Part shown: piece after piece, positions 7,761-16,327 of the stretch
Position numbering within the stretch: position 1 is the first letter of the stretch
Layout of the letters: each line of letters opens with the position of its first letter
NCBI GenBank assembly: GCA_963813075.1
Contig: CAWEXU010000029.1
Span: forward strand, 1 to 16,327
Origin: Methanotrichaceae archaeon
GTDB taxonomy: Archaea > Halobacteriota > Methanosarcinia > Methanotrichales > Methanotrichaceae
DNA length: 16,327 nt
Reading direction: 5' to 3'
Program-made: the position numbers and the translations under genes
Notes under the pieces: generated by a model
Told to the model about the DNA's origin: nothing
Databases searched by the model: none
What the model saw: only the letters and a program-made list of their open reading frames with translations

Positions 7761-8076
7761 GAGGAGATGTGGTTGTCCTGCCTTTTCCCTTTCGGATTTG
7801 ACTGGATCAAAGAGACGTCCCGCACTCGTACTGGCAGAGCTGGATGGAGATGATAGAATTCTCTGCCAGATAACAGGTCAGCAATTCAGGGATTCATATT
7901 CAGTTCCCATAAATGATTCTGACTTTAGGGAGGGCTATCTTCGGAAAATAAGCATTATACGGCCAAATCGAGTATTTACTGCTGATCGAAAAATAATCAT
8001 ATACAAAGCAGGCCACCTCAAATCAGACACAATCAATGCCGCTCTGCAGAAGATAATTGAAATTCTATCTGGCTAA
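7745..8076 (+). pseudogene. PemK/MazF family toxin with a 1-nt deletion at 7790-7792
   Basis: TTG7745 (GAGGAGG RBS 7 nt upstream) gives MERFVRGDVVVLPFPF and then stops at 7799. SDLTGSKRRPALVL...CQIT continues in the -1 frame. Adding one T restores GDVVVLPFPFSDL..KRRPALV. Confidence 0.85.
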
Positions 8077-8154
8077 TTACAGAGCATCCATAACTGAGTC
8101 CATCAAAGGTCAGGAACCGCAGCATTCTCGCGCTCACCCGCGCATGCGCTCGCA

Positions 8155-8277
8155 CTCTCGCCGTGAGGAACTCCTCCACACCTATCTTCCACATGACCCC
8201 TGGGTTTCAATTCCGGGGATTGGCAGGTGGACAATTTTATCTCGCCACTATTGGACACTTTTAGACCGCCATTGACA
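8155..8277 (-). mobile_element. IS21-family left end remnant with the first few istA-like codons
   Basis: Minus strand starts TGTCAATGGCGGTCTAAAAGTGTCCA-ATAGT-GGCGAGATAAAATTGTCCA: a TG terminus plus two 19-bp imperfect repeats (8252-8270, 8228-8246) at 24-bp period. It is followed by IGVEEFLTAR, resembling IstA N-termini. The inner boundary is approximate. Confidence 0.7.
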
Positions 8278-8297
8278 CCTTCCAGCATGACTGCATG

Positions 8298-9041
8298 TCA
8301 ACGAGATTTCCTGGGAGCGAGGCAGTACATGGCCCAACCCATATATTGGCGCTGGAACTGTAAATAGTCATCCTGGTCAGTACGGAAATGCTTGAATACC
8401 TGTTCATAGTCAGCGTGGGTGGGATTTTCTTCGAGCCACCGTATCAGTCCATACCAACCATCTGAAATGTACCTGTCCCAATCGTCGTAGCTGGCATGAA
8501 TGATGTATTCGAGTTCAAGGCCTTCATCCCGGGCAAATTGAGTTAGTTCCGTTTCTGTATGGGTAGTTGTCTGTTTTTGGGCGTATTCCGGATGTACCTG
8601 ATTGCTGAGCCAGTGGGTTTCACCGATACCAAGGCGTCCATTCTGCCGAATTGCTCGTTTCAGTACCTGGAGTGTCTGCTGCCAGCCGCCAAAAATAAAC
8701 GTTGACCCAATACATGTTGCGGCATCGAAGACCCCTTCTTCGAATATGTAATCAGCACCATTGGAGCAAACGATTTCGATTCGGTCCGATAGACCTTTCG
8801 AAGCCAGTTTTTTCCTGGCCCTGTCGCAGAAATCCTCGGATATATCTATTCCAATACCAGTAATACCGAATTCCTCCGCCCAGAGAGTAAGGGGTTCGGC
8901 ACAACCACAACCGAAGTCAATGACCCGTTTTCCTTTTTCCAATTTGAGTAATTTGCCAAGTTTGATGATCTTTTCAGGCGTGGAAGGGTTTAGTATCTCC
9001 ATATAGCGGTGTGAGATGCCCATAATGTCAAGGAATTCCAT
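8298..9041 (-). CDS. Class I SAM-dependent methyltransferase (YjhP-like)
   Basis: VIDFGCGCAE motif I, GIDIS, FDAATCIGST; GGAGG RBS upstream. Confidence 0.9.
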   Translation of the reverse strand: MEFLDIMGISHRYMEILNPSTPEKIIKLGKLLKLEKGKRVIDFGCGCAEPLTLWAEEFGITGIGIDISEDFCDRARKKLASKGLSDRIEIVCSNGADYIFEEGVFDAATCIGSTFIFGGWQQTLQVLKRAIRQNGRLGIGETHWLSNQVHPEYAQKQTTTHTETELTQFARDEGLELEYIIHASYDDWDRYISDGWYGLIRWLEENPTHADYEQVFKHFRTDQDDYLQFQRQYMGWAMYCLAPRKSR

Positions 9042-9240
9042 TATTCAAGCCTCCTTCTGGAAATTGCAGCTTGATTAATAAAGGTGTTGGGAGACCGAAT
9101 GCTGATCTCGTTGATGACGTCCTATCAGAGGCTACCATGAAGCTATCTGGCAATTCATGCTGCAGCATATGGAACGGCATATACGAGTGCGGTGATTGCG
9201 GCATCATATTTGAGATGAGAGCGCAAACCGACTTTGCCGC

Positions 9241-9615
9241 TCACTCCAGTATCTTCCAGAAAGAATCCTTGCGGATGATCTTTCCATCAGCGAACTCAAG
9301 CAGGTCAACTCCTCGTACCTCGATCTCTTGCCCCGATGTAGTTGTGCCGGTAAGCGTCCACTCAGAGACACCCAGGCGGCCACAGACCCAGTGCTGGTCG
9401 TCACCATAATGCACATCCGGTATGCCCTCAAATCGTTTTGCTAAACCTGCCCGGACCTCTTTTTTCCCAACATATCGATCGCCACGGGGCTTAGCACCTC
9501 TTGGCATGTAGAAGACGCAATCATCTGCGAAATAATCCATAATGGAATCCAGGTCATGGCGGTTGAATGCTTCTAAGAAGCCTTTCAGCAATTCAGCGGT
9601 TATTCGTCCTGACAC
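9241..9615 (-). CDS. NTF2/SnoaL-like fold protein (124 aa)
   Basis: FLEAFNRHDLDSIMDYFADDCVF...G..EVR...EWTLTGT...VRGVDLLEFADGKI pattern. GTG9615 has GGAGG 7 nt upstream. Confidence 0.88.
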   Translation of the reverse strand: MSGRITAELLKGFLEAFNRHDLDSIMDYFADDCVFYMPRGAKPRGDRYVGKKEVRAGLAKRFEGIPDVHYGDDQHWVCGRLGVSEWTLTGTTTSGQEIEVRGVDLLEFADGKIIRKDSFWKILE

Positions 9616-9867
9616 TAAAAAACCTCCCAATAGATAAGAAATTGCTGGATTTCTATCGTTGCACTGGCGCTGTTTCATCAGCAGCAAAGTGCTTTTCTTC
9701 TGTATACTCATGGTTAGCGCTTATAGTTTTGGTTTGAGCTGGTGTTTATTAAGGTAAAATATATAAAAATTTATTAGATAGTTGTGGTGATGATCAAGCT
9801 CCTCTTAGTAATTAATTTGAAAATATTTAAAATTGTCTTTCGTTGCTAGATTGTGCATCTCCGCCCC

Positions 9868-12800
9868 CTATTCATCTTTCAATATAATTATCAGGCCCTT
9901 TATCCAATCATCAACGGCCTGTTTTGCGGTATTCATGTCATCCAGCACTTTTTCCTGGTGAGCAATATACTCATTTCTGAAGGAATAAATTTTATCTACA
10001 GTATCCAATATATCCTTCTTTTCTGGACCCGCAAATTTGCTTTTGATCGCAGAGAAGAGCCCACCGGGCGGGACCTTGGGGCTTTTTGCATACTCCAGAC
10101 ACCATTTCAATAGCCCTATGGGCATCATCCCATCGTTCTCCAGAAGAGTCCGGCGCAAGTTAATTGCTTGCCTCTTATGAAAGCTCTCGTCTCTTGGATG
10201 CAGGACGCTTAAATCAGGCTCAAAGAAACTCTGCCTCCTATTGGGATCATCGGGAATGGCACCTTTTAGAGTTGAGATAATGTATCCTTTGGCTGCTTCG
10301 TCCACTGCTCCGAGAAGCGGAGCGAAGACAGGAGAATAGGAGACTCCTGTCTTGTTCTCCAAGAATTTGAAGAGGGCTATGGCCTCCTGAACGCCCTTTC
10401 TCGCTTTCAAGGGCAGGCGATCGAAATCCTCATCGCTAATGAATTCATCCAGTGCTATCTTCTCCAGGTTGCCCTTCTCCAGGCTCAAGGGAGCTTCTAT
10501 CTTCTCCCGGATGAGGTTCTGCTTGGCTGGTTCGCATAAGGAAAACAGTATCTCAAGCTTATTATCATCGATCTGGGAGAAGGTCTCCTGGGGAACATAG
10601 AGGTACTCCCATTTGATTCCGCTATCTGAGGCTGCCTGACACCAGGCCATCGCCGCCCGGATCTTGAGGGGAACGTCTATGTCCACCCTTCCCTTGGTCT
10701 CAAGCATGACATAGCTGCCACTATCGTTCAGGATTACGAAGTCAGGAGTATAATGAGCCAGCCTGCCGGTATGGGTCTGATAATCGATCCTGATCGCCTC
10801 CGGCCCGGCATTTCTGAAGAAGGCCTTGACATCGGGAGCCCGGTCTAAGAACAGGGCCATATCCCTCTCGAAGGCGTTGGTACATGGAACCAGGTTGAAG
10901 ACGGTCTTGGAGGCCTCAATGGTGGGATGGCGTTCGGAGTGGTTGGCCTGGTAGGGCTTCCATTGAACCACCGATCTGCCGCTGCCAATTGCCCTCTCCT
11001 CCAGTTTGATGGTGCTCTTGCTCAGGATGAGTGGCACGAATACGCCCCGGATATGCTCCCTGACATCGTGATCCGCCAGGCGGTTGATCAGGCGCTGGTC
11101 GAAGAGGGACACTCTCTCCCCAAAGAGCATGTCAGTCAGGAATATCTCCAGCAGGGGGGCGAGAGAGGAGTGAAGACCGTGCAGGCCGGTGATATGCTCC
11201 AGCTCGCTGCGGTAGAAGGATATGGCTCCCACTCCGCTCTCCAGCAGGGGGAGCTTGATGTCCATCTCCTCCACAATCTCATTGGTTATCAGGTGTCTTC
11301 CTTCGTAGTGGATCTCCTCGGAGGACTGCTCTTTGAGCTTCAGGGGCTTGAGGGCAGAGAACTGCTTTTTTACGTCCTCGATGGTCAGTCCTTCCAGCTT
11401 GGGAATGCGGGTGTAGGCGGGGGAGATGGAAGGTACGAGCATATCCAGTTGATTTAGGTCCTTGTGCTCACCATCGGGAAAGATGCTCACAGTGATCTTG
11501 GGGACTTTTTCCGCATCCACCACCGTGGGGTAGACGCCCTCTTCTCCCAACTGGTCCTCATATAGCTGCACAAATGCCCGGTGTTCGACAACGGTCAGGA
11601 TCTCATGAGGGCCACCGGGGTATGTCATGCGCCGCAGACCCCGGCCCAGGGTCTGCTCAGGAAGGATGTTGGCTTTGGCGGTATAGGGACGGAGGGGAAC
11701 AATGGTGGTAACGTTTCGGACGTCCCAGCCTTCCCGGAGCATCAGGACGGATACGATGCATTGATAGGGGCTGGTTCCCTGGTCAAGTTCGCGGGAGAGT
11801 TTTCTTAATTCCCTCAGATCCTCGTCTTTGATATCCTTCTCGCTCTCCTCGAATACCGGTATGCCGCTCTTCTTTCCGCCCATCCATTTGATCTTGCCTT
11901 TGAGGCGGGTGTGGAGGTTTATGGTCCGGCCATTAAGTTCTGAATACAATGAGGAGCTATTCAATTCCCGGGCGATCTGATCTGCGGCCTCGGTATTCTC
12001 GGCCATGATGAAGAGCAACGCCTTCTTGCCGCTCTTCTCCCATTCCTCTCTGGAGAGAAGCCAGCGCTTGTATCCGATCATCAGGTGCTGCTGGAATCGG
12101 TCTGCTGCGTTATCGCTGGGGCGCTCCACCAGCCCCTCGCCCCGGCCAATGACCGGGATCTTGACTATTCCGGCGTCCACTGCTTCGCCCAGGGGGGTAT
12201 CGCAGATCACATGCTGGAAGATCCTGCCATGGTTGTCCTTGGGAGTGGCGGAGAAGTCGAGCTGGGAGACGATCTCTCCTCCGGTTCGATTATTGATGGT
12301 CTGGTGGACATATTCTATGGCATCATTCCAGGCACTGTCCGGGTCCCAGAGATGATGGGCCTCATCGTTCAAGACCATAATTCTGCGGTGAGAGGTAACT
12401 CGTTCTCTCAATGCCTCACCGGTATCAAGGGCTCTGGATTTGGAGACGGCAGGGCCAAGCCAGTCGTGGCTTTCCACCAGGCCTCTACTCTTGCGTTTTG
12501 AGGTGTCATAGAGGCGGTGGATGTTGGTCAGGTAGATCCTGCCCCCGGTGGCAGCTCCGCTGGCCTCGTCCTGGAGGACGACGGAGATGTTCCAGTCTCC
12601 TCTCCAGGCTTCGGGGATGAGGGGGTCTGCTTCGAAGACCTTGCCGTCCCCGAAGTCCTCCTTGAGCCGCTCGAAGACGGTGATGTTGGGGGCGATGATG
12701 AGAAAGTCCCTGGCCAGAATAGAGCCCTCCTCTCTCAGGGAGTGAAAGTAGCTCCAGACTATGGCCAGGCTCATCACTTTGGTCTTGCCCGAGCCGGTGG

Positions 12801-13299
12801 CCATCTTGAAGGCGTATTTAGGCCAGCGGTCGTCGTCGGGATTCACACCCAGGGCGGTGTCGTAGGAGTCTTCCCCCAGAAATTCGGCGGTGATGGTGGA
12901 GAGGGTGCGAATGCCCCGCACTTCGTGGAGGTAGATGAATGTCTCTATGGCCTCTCTCTGGCAGAAGTAGTAGCGGAATGGGATCTGCTGCCCATCATTC
13001 TCTTTGGTGTGCTCCTCGCCAAACCAGAAATGGAGCAGGTCTCTGGTGGTCTGGGATGCACCGGGATAGTCGCTATCTCGCCAGTCTTTAACGAAGCGGC
13101 GCAGGTTCTGGGCTATGGGGATATATGAGGGACGGCGGCCTGATATGATCTGGGCAGGATCGCTCTTCCCTTCGCCTGGGGCGCGATATCTGCAGGGCTC
13201 TTCAAAGGTCTGGTAGAGAGGTTCCAGGGCAGCCAGATTGATCACCGGGCCGGGACCATTGCTCCGGGCGGTGCCCCTGCTCCTATCGACTTCAGTCAT
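9868..13299 (-). CDS. res: Type III restriction enzyme Res subunit (SF2 helicase + PD-(D/E)xK nuclease) with an extra C-terminal HEPN-like domain
   Basis: [17 protein letters not shown] (Walker A), [25 protein letters not shown], then YTPDF...LETKG. About 200 extra aa end in RNEYIAH. Overlaps the mod stop by 8 bp. Confidence 0.92.
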   Translation of the reverse strand: MTEVDRSRGTARSNGPGPVINLAALEPLYQTFEEPCRYRAPGEGKSDPAQIISGRRPSYIPIAQNLRRFVKDWRDSDYPGASQTTRDLLHFWFGEEHTKENDGQQIPFRYYFCQREAIETFIYLHEVRGIRTLSTITAEFLGEDSYDTALGVNPDDDRWPKYAFKMATGSGKTKVMSLAIVWSYFHSLREEGSILARDFLIIAPNITVFERLKEDFGDGKVFEADPLIPEAWRGDWNISVVLQDEASGAATGGRIYLTNIHRLYDTSKRKSRGLVESHDWLGPAVSKSRALDTGEALRERVTSHRRIMVLNDEAHHLWDPDSAWNDAIEYVHQTINNRTGGEIVSQLDFSATPKDNHGRIFQHVICDTPLGEAVDAGIVKIPVIGRGEGLVERPSDNAADRFQQHLMIGYKRWLLSREEWEKSGKKALLFIMAENTEAADQIARELNSSSLYSELNGRTINLHTRLKGKIKWMGGKKSGIPVFEESEKDIKDEDLRELRKLSRELDQGTSPYQCIVSVLMLREGWDVRNVTTIVPLRPYTAKANILPEQTLGRGLRRMTYPGGPHEILTVVEHRAFVQLYEDQLGEEGVYPTVVDAEKVPKITVSIFPDGEHKDLNQLDMLVPSISPAYTRIPKLEGLTIEDVKKQFSALKPLKLKEQSSEEIHYEGRHLITNEIVEEMDIKLPLLESGVGAISFYRSELEHITGLHGLHSSLAPLLEIFLTDMLFGERVSLFDQRLINRLADHDVREHIRGVFVPLILSKSTIKLEERAIGSGRSVVQWKPYQANHSERHPTIEASKTVFNLVPCTNAFERDMALFLDRAPDVKAFFRNAGPEAIRIDYQTHTGRLAHYTPDFVILNDSGSYVMLETKGRVDIDVPLKIRAAMAWCQAASDSGIKWEYLYVPQETFSQIDDNKLEILFSLCEPAKQNLIREKIEAPLSLEKGNLEKIALDEFISDEDFDRLPLKARKGVQEAIALFKFLENKTGVSYSPVFAPLLGAVDEAAKGYIISTLKGAIPDDPNRRQSFFEPDLSVLHPRDESFHKRQAINLRRTLLENDGMMPIGLLKWCLEYAKSPKVPPGGLFSAIKSKFAGPEKKDILDTVDKIYSFRNEYIAHQEKVLDDMNTAKQAVDDWIKGLIIILKDE

Positions 13300-15374
13300 A
13301 GCGGACCTCCACTACGATGCTGGTATCGCAGCCGAAGATGTCGACCACCTTGATGCAGGCTTTGTAGACACCTTTGCCAGGATAGCCATCATAGAAGGCG
13401 TCGCTTGTGGTCTTGAGGCTGCGATCCCTGCGGGTGCGGTAGTCCTGCCACTGGTGCTCGAAGGGTTTGCCCTCCTGCCAGTTGAAGTCCACTGCCCAGA
13501 AGTCGATGAAGTCGAAGCCGTCCTTTGCCGCCCGATCCTTGAGGGCAGCCAGCTCTTTGTTGGGGACCTCGGCCAGGGAGGGAATGAACTTCTTGAGAAT
13601 GATGTCCACTTTCTTCTTCCCGGAGACCTTTTTGATGACCGGCTCGGCCTCCAGCACTGCCACCTCAAAGAAGGGTGGTGGAGCGGTCCGGTTCTTCTCC
13701 ATGATCTCCCTGGGGATGGTGATCAGCCTGATCCTGACCTCTTCTGAGGCCTCGATCTCCTGGCAGACCATCCTCAGATCCATCTCGAACTCCCAGGCCA
13801 GGCAGTGGACCTCCTTGCCACCGGCCTCGCGGGCGGCGCGGGCCACGGCCCTGACCTCTTCTCTGGTCAGAAGGGAGTCGATGCTGTCCACATAGACGAA
13901 GGCCCCGCCCTTTCTGCCGTGCAGCCAAGCGGTGGGGTTAGGCAGTGGATCGGCGCGGTAGAACCCCAGCACAACGCGGCGGTGGTCGCGGTCGAAGCCC
14001 TGCAGGCGCTCTCTCTGCCACCACTGCCGCTCATATCGGCCCAGGTTGTAGACGTCGAAGGCCCGGTAGGGCTGGCCATCCGCCTGGAGCTTGCGCTGCA
14101 GGTCGATCAGCCGCTTTCTGCTGGTGTGGATGGCGAAGCGGCCCAGGTCGCACATGATCCAGCGCCGGCCCAGCCGCTCCGCAACGGCACCGGTGGTGCC
14201 TGAGCCGCAGAAGAAGTCGGCAACCAGGTCGCCCTCGTTGGAAGAAGCTTTGATGATGCGCTCAAGGAGGGCTTCGGGCTTTTGGGTGTCGTAACCCAAG
14301 CGCTCATCAGCTTGGGGATTTACTGGATAAACATCAGTCCAAATTGAATGAATTGCTGCCCCCTCAACTTCATCTAGATAAATCTTCATAGCAGGGGTTC
14401 CGGATTTTGTAAATGCAATTTTTCCCTGTTCCATTAGCTCATCAATTCGTCCCTGGCTCCAACGCCAATGGGTTCCTGCTGGTGGATCTATGACACGATT
14501 TCCAAACCTTCTTGATGGACCTTGACCTTTGCCTAAAGCATCAGCCATCTTGAATTTTCTTCCACTTTCATCGATATTTCTAAAATGACTATCGATGTAC
14601 GACTCCTTCAGAGGGACTCTTTGAATATTCCAAGTTCTTTTATCGCTTTTTGAATAAAATAAAATCGAATCGTGGACTATTCCAAAACGTTTAGCATCAG
14701 AATGAAAAGAGAATCTCTGCCAACAGATGTCATTTAAATAATTCTCGCTACCAAATATCTCATCCATCAATGCTTTGATGTAATGACTTATATTGGGTCC
14801 TACATGGATATAAATGCTACCATTTTCACTAATGCTCGCATGTTCACTCAACAATTCTTTCATAAGGCTTAATTAGTTCCTTCATTAATACGAGCCGCTC
14901 AAACATCATATGAAAATACGAGTCAGTTCCTTTTCCCCACATATCTCGATATGCTACCATTTCAAGCAAGGACTGATCTTTTTGAACGGCTTCCTTTTCT
15001 TCGCCAATTGGTATCTGCATCGTAAAGTCCGCACCCACATCGAAGGGCGGGTCGATGTAGATCAGATCGATCTTTCCCCGGAAGTCTTTCAGGAGCGAGG
15101 CCATCACCAGCTTGTTATCGCCCCAGATGAGCATATTCCTAAAGTCATACTGCCTGGTAGTCTTCAATTCTCCCAGGGTGGTCTGACCCCCGGCCAGGGC
15201 CTCGCTCCTGGGCATGTCCACGGTCTCAATCTTCTGCATGGGCATGGCACTGCCTGCAACGTCCACCGGGCGGCGGTTGCCATATTCATCGTACTTGCCA
15301 TCCCAGACCAGCTCGGTCTTCCTCCCGCAGAGCGGATGAGGATTGTCCGGTCCCCAGCGAACGGGCTCAGTCAA
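13292..15374 (-). pseudogene. mod: Type III Mod DNA methyltransferase (beta class), split into two ORFs by a 40-bp insertion at 14830-14869
   Basis: IDLIYIDPPF (motif IV) is in ORF 14844..15374; [12 protein letters not shown] and DFFCGSGTT (motif I) are in ORF 13292..14863. Deleting 40 bp gives a continuous [19 protein letters not shown]. Likely start is TTG15374 with a GGGAGG RBS. Confidence 0.9.
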
Positions 15375-15589
15375 GGCAGAAGGCCTCCCGAAGAGGAGCA
15401 ATGACGGGAAATAACTGTGCAGCAGGCTTTGCAGACGTGGGGCAAATCGTCAATTATTATTATCCTCCTGGCGAAGGCTCTGCCCTGGAGACGAAAAAGC
15501 TTTTGCATGAAGTAATGGTTTTGTATTCCTGGGTATCACACGAAGCCTGGGTGAGATGAGTATTTGAGTCGGCAAAATAGGAGAGATGA

Positions 15590-15967
15590 TCAATTCTTTT
15601 TTCGAAAGGATTTCAAGAAGGCTGCATATTCTTCGGGGGTAATTCCTGCATTGGTAAGCGCTTCTATGGTCCGGGGATCGTTTAGCAGAGCAACTATGAT
15701 TTTTGAAGTCTCTTCATAGACTTTATCATGATGGTCAAAGTTAATTAATAAAATTTTGTCTTTAATAACCAAATAAGCCACAACAAAGGGATCAATATGC
15801 ACGCTTCGAAGGCCTCGGAGGCCATGACGCTTTGGCTCTCCGATGGCGGGATTACTGATGATATCCTGAAGCTTCCTAATCACTCGTTCTTTTAATAATC
15901 CATCTTTTTTAGTTAATTTTTTAAATCTTTTCTCGAAATAGTATGTAGTGATTGGCTGATAAGCCAT
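15590..15967 (-). CDS. RelE/ParE superfamily toxin with a C-terminal extension
   Basis: FEKRFKKL...IISNPAIGEPKRHGLRGLRSVHIDPFVVAY...FDHHDKVY is a RelE-type pattern. Confidence 0.85.
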   Translation of the reverse strand: MAYQPITTYYFEKRFKKLTKKDGLLKERVIRKLQDIISNPAIGEPKRHGLRGLRSVHIDPFVVAYLVIKDKILLINFDHHDKVYEETSKIIVALLNDPRTIEALTNAGITPEEYAAFLKSFRKKN

Positions 15968-15973
15968 AATTAT

Positions 15974-16144
15974 CTACAGATTTCGCAGGTAATCGGCCAA
16001 CTCCTCATCATTCTTGAAGCGTGTGATCCGACCATCTTTGAAATCCTTAAGACCTTTTATTATTCCTTCCGCAAAGCTCTCCTCTTCCCGTTGTGGGCTG
16101 GCGCGATCAGTCTTGCGCATTGGTGTTTTCACAGCAGCAGGCAT
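15974..16144 (-). CDS. Putative cognate antitoxin (56 aa, not in the ORF track)
   Basis: My translation: MPAAVKTPMRKTDRASPQREEESFAEGIIKGLKDFKDGRITRFKNDEELADYLRNL*. It ends 6 bp before the toxin ATG. GLKDFKDGR..F..EL resembles RelE-antitoxin C-termini. A GATATAT TATA-like box is ~25 bp upstream. Confidence 0.78.
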   Translation of the reverse strand: MPAAVKTPMRKTDRASPQREEESFAEGIIKGLKDFKDGRITRFKNDEELADYLRNL

Positions 16145-16327
16145 GTTAGTTAATCCTGACGGGAATGGATATATCTCTTTCTGCTTTCCCTTCCTGGCTG
16201 CATTTCAGGTAGCATGACAATTTTAATGCAAATCAGATCCATGCCCGCCCCTATGAACGCACTGGCAAGAGAAAGGCGAATAGGAATGAAGCAAGACCGC
16301 GAAAGCACAAGACCATATATAATGGCG

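Noticed and set aside
7738..7792. ATG7738 start giving an intact toxin (MKLGKICKRRCGC...)
   Set aside because: The family-typical N-terminus GDVVVLPFPF is in another frame starting at TTG7745, with better RBS spacing.
8296..8320. TGTCAAC as the partner end of the IS21 remnant
   Set aside because: It faces the wrong way relative to the left end, lacks the internal 19-bp repeats, and overlaps the methyltransferase stop codon.
9042..9240. Spacer between SnoaL and methyltransferase genes as an integron attC site, or the CxxC-containing ORF 9071..9409
   Set aside because: I could not identify convincing R/L boxes or a long imperfect palindrome; the ORF overlaps the SnoaL gene antisense and lacks an RBS.
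14820..14890. Near-duplicate in mod as a DGR template/variable repeat pair or simple tandem duplication
   Set aside because: Differences are not confined to adenines and include synonymous changes, the repeat is too short, and no reverse transcriptase is present.

Overview
Archaeal-looking window, most consistent with a Methanothrix/Methanosarcinales-type methanogen (inferred from gene content and TATA/RBS style). The left part holds a MacB/LolD-type ABC exporter cluster with a COG1361-like surface protein and a frameshifted ATPase. Next is a minus-strand hcp - ferredoxin-domain - DUF166 operon, divergent from a Cys-rich HxlR regulator. A 374-bp non-autonomous IS200/IS605-type element sits exactly at the ferredoxin/DUF166 stop-start overlap and appears to keep a guide-RNA scaffold. 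The right part (~7.5-16.3 kb) is a defence/accessory island: DUF2281-MazF TA (toxin frameshifted), an IS21 left-end remnant, a SAM methyltransferase, a SnoaL-like gene, a Type III R-M system and a RelE-type TA with a 56-aa antitoxin missed by the ORF track. Three observations stand out. (1) The Type III Res subunit has an extra ~200-aa C-terminal domain with a HEPN-like RNEYIAH motif. (2) The mod gene is split by a 40-bp, microhomology-flanked piece of a different mod homologue, inside a low-GC segment covering the specificity region. (3) The insertion element appears to disturb its host operon very little.
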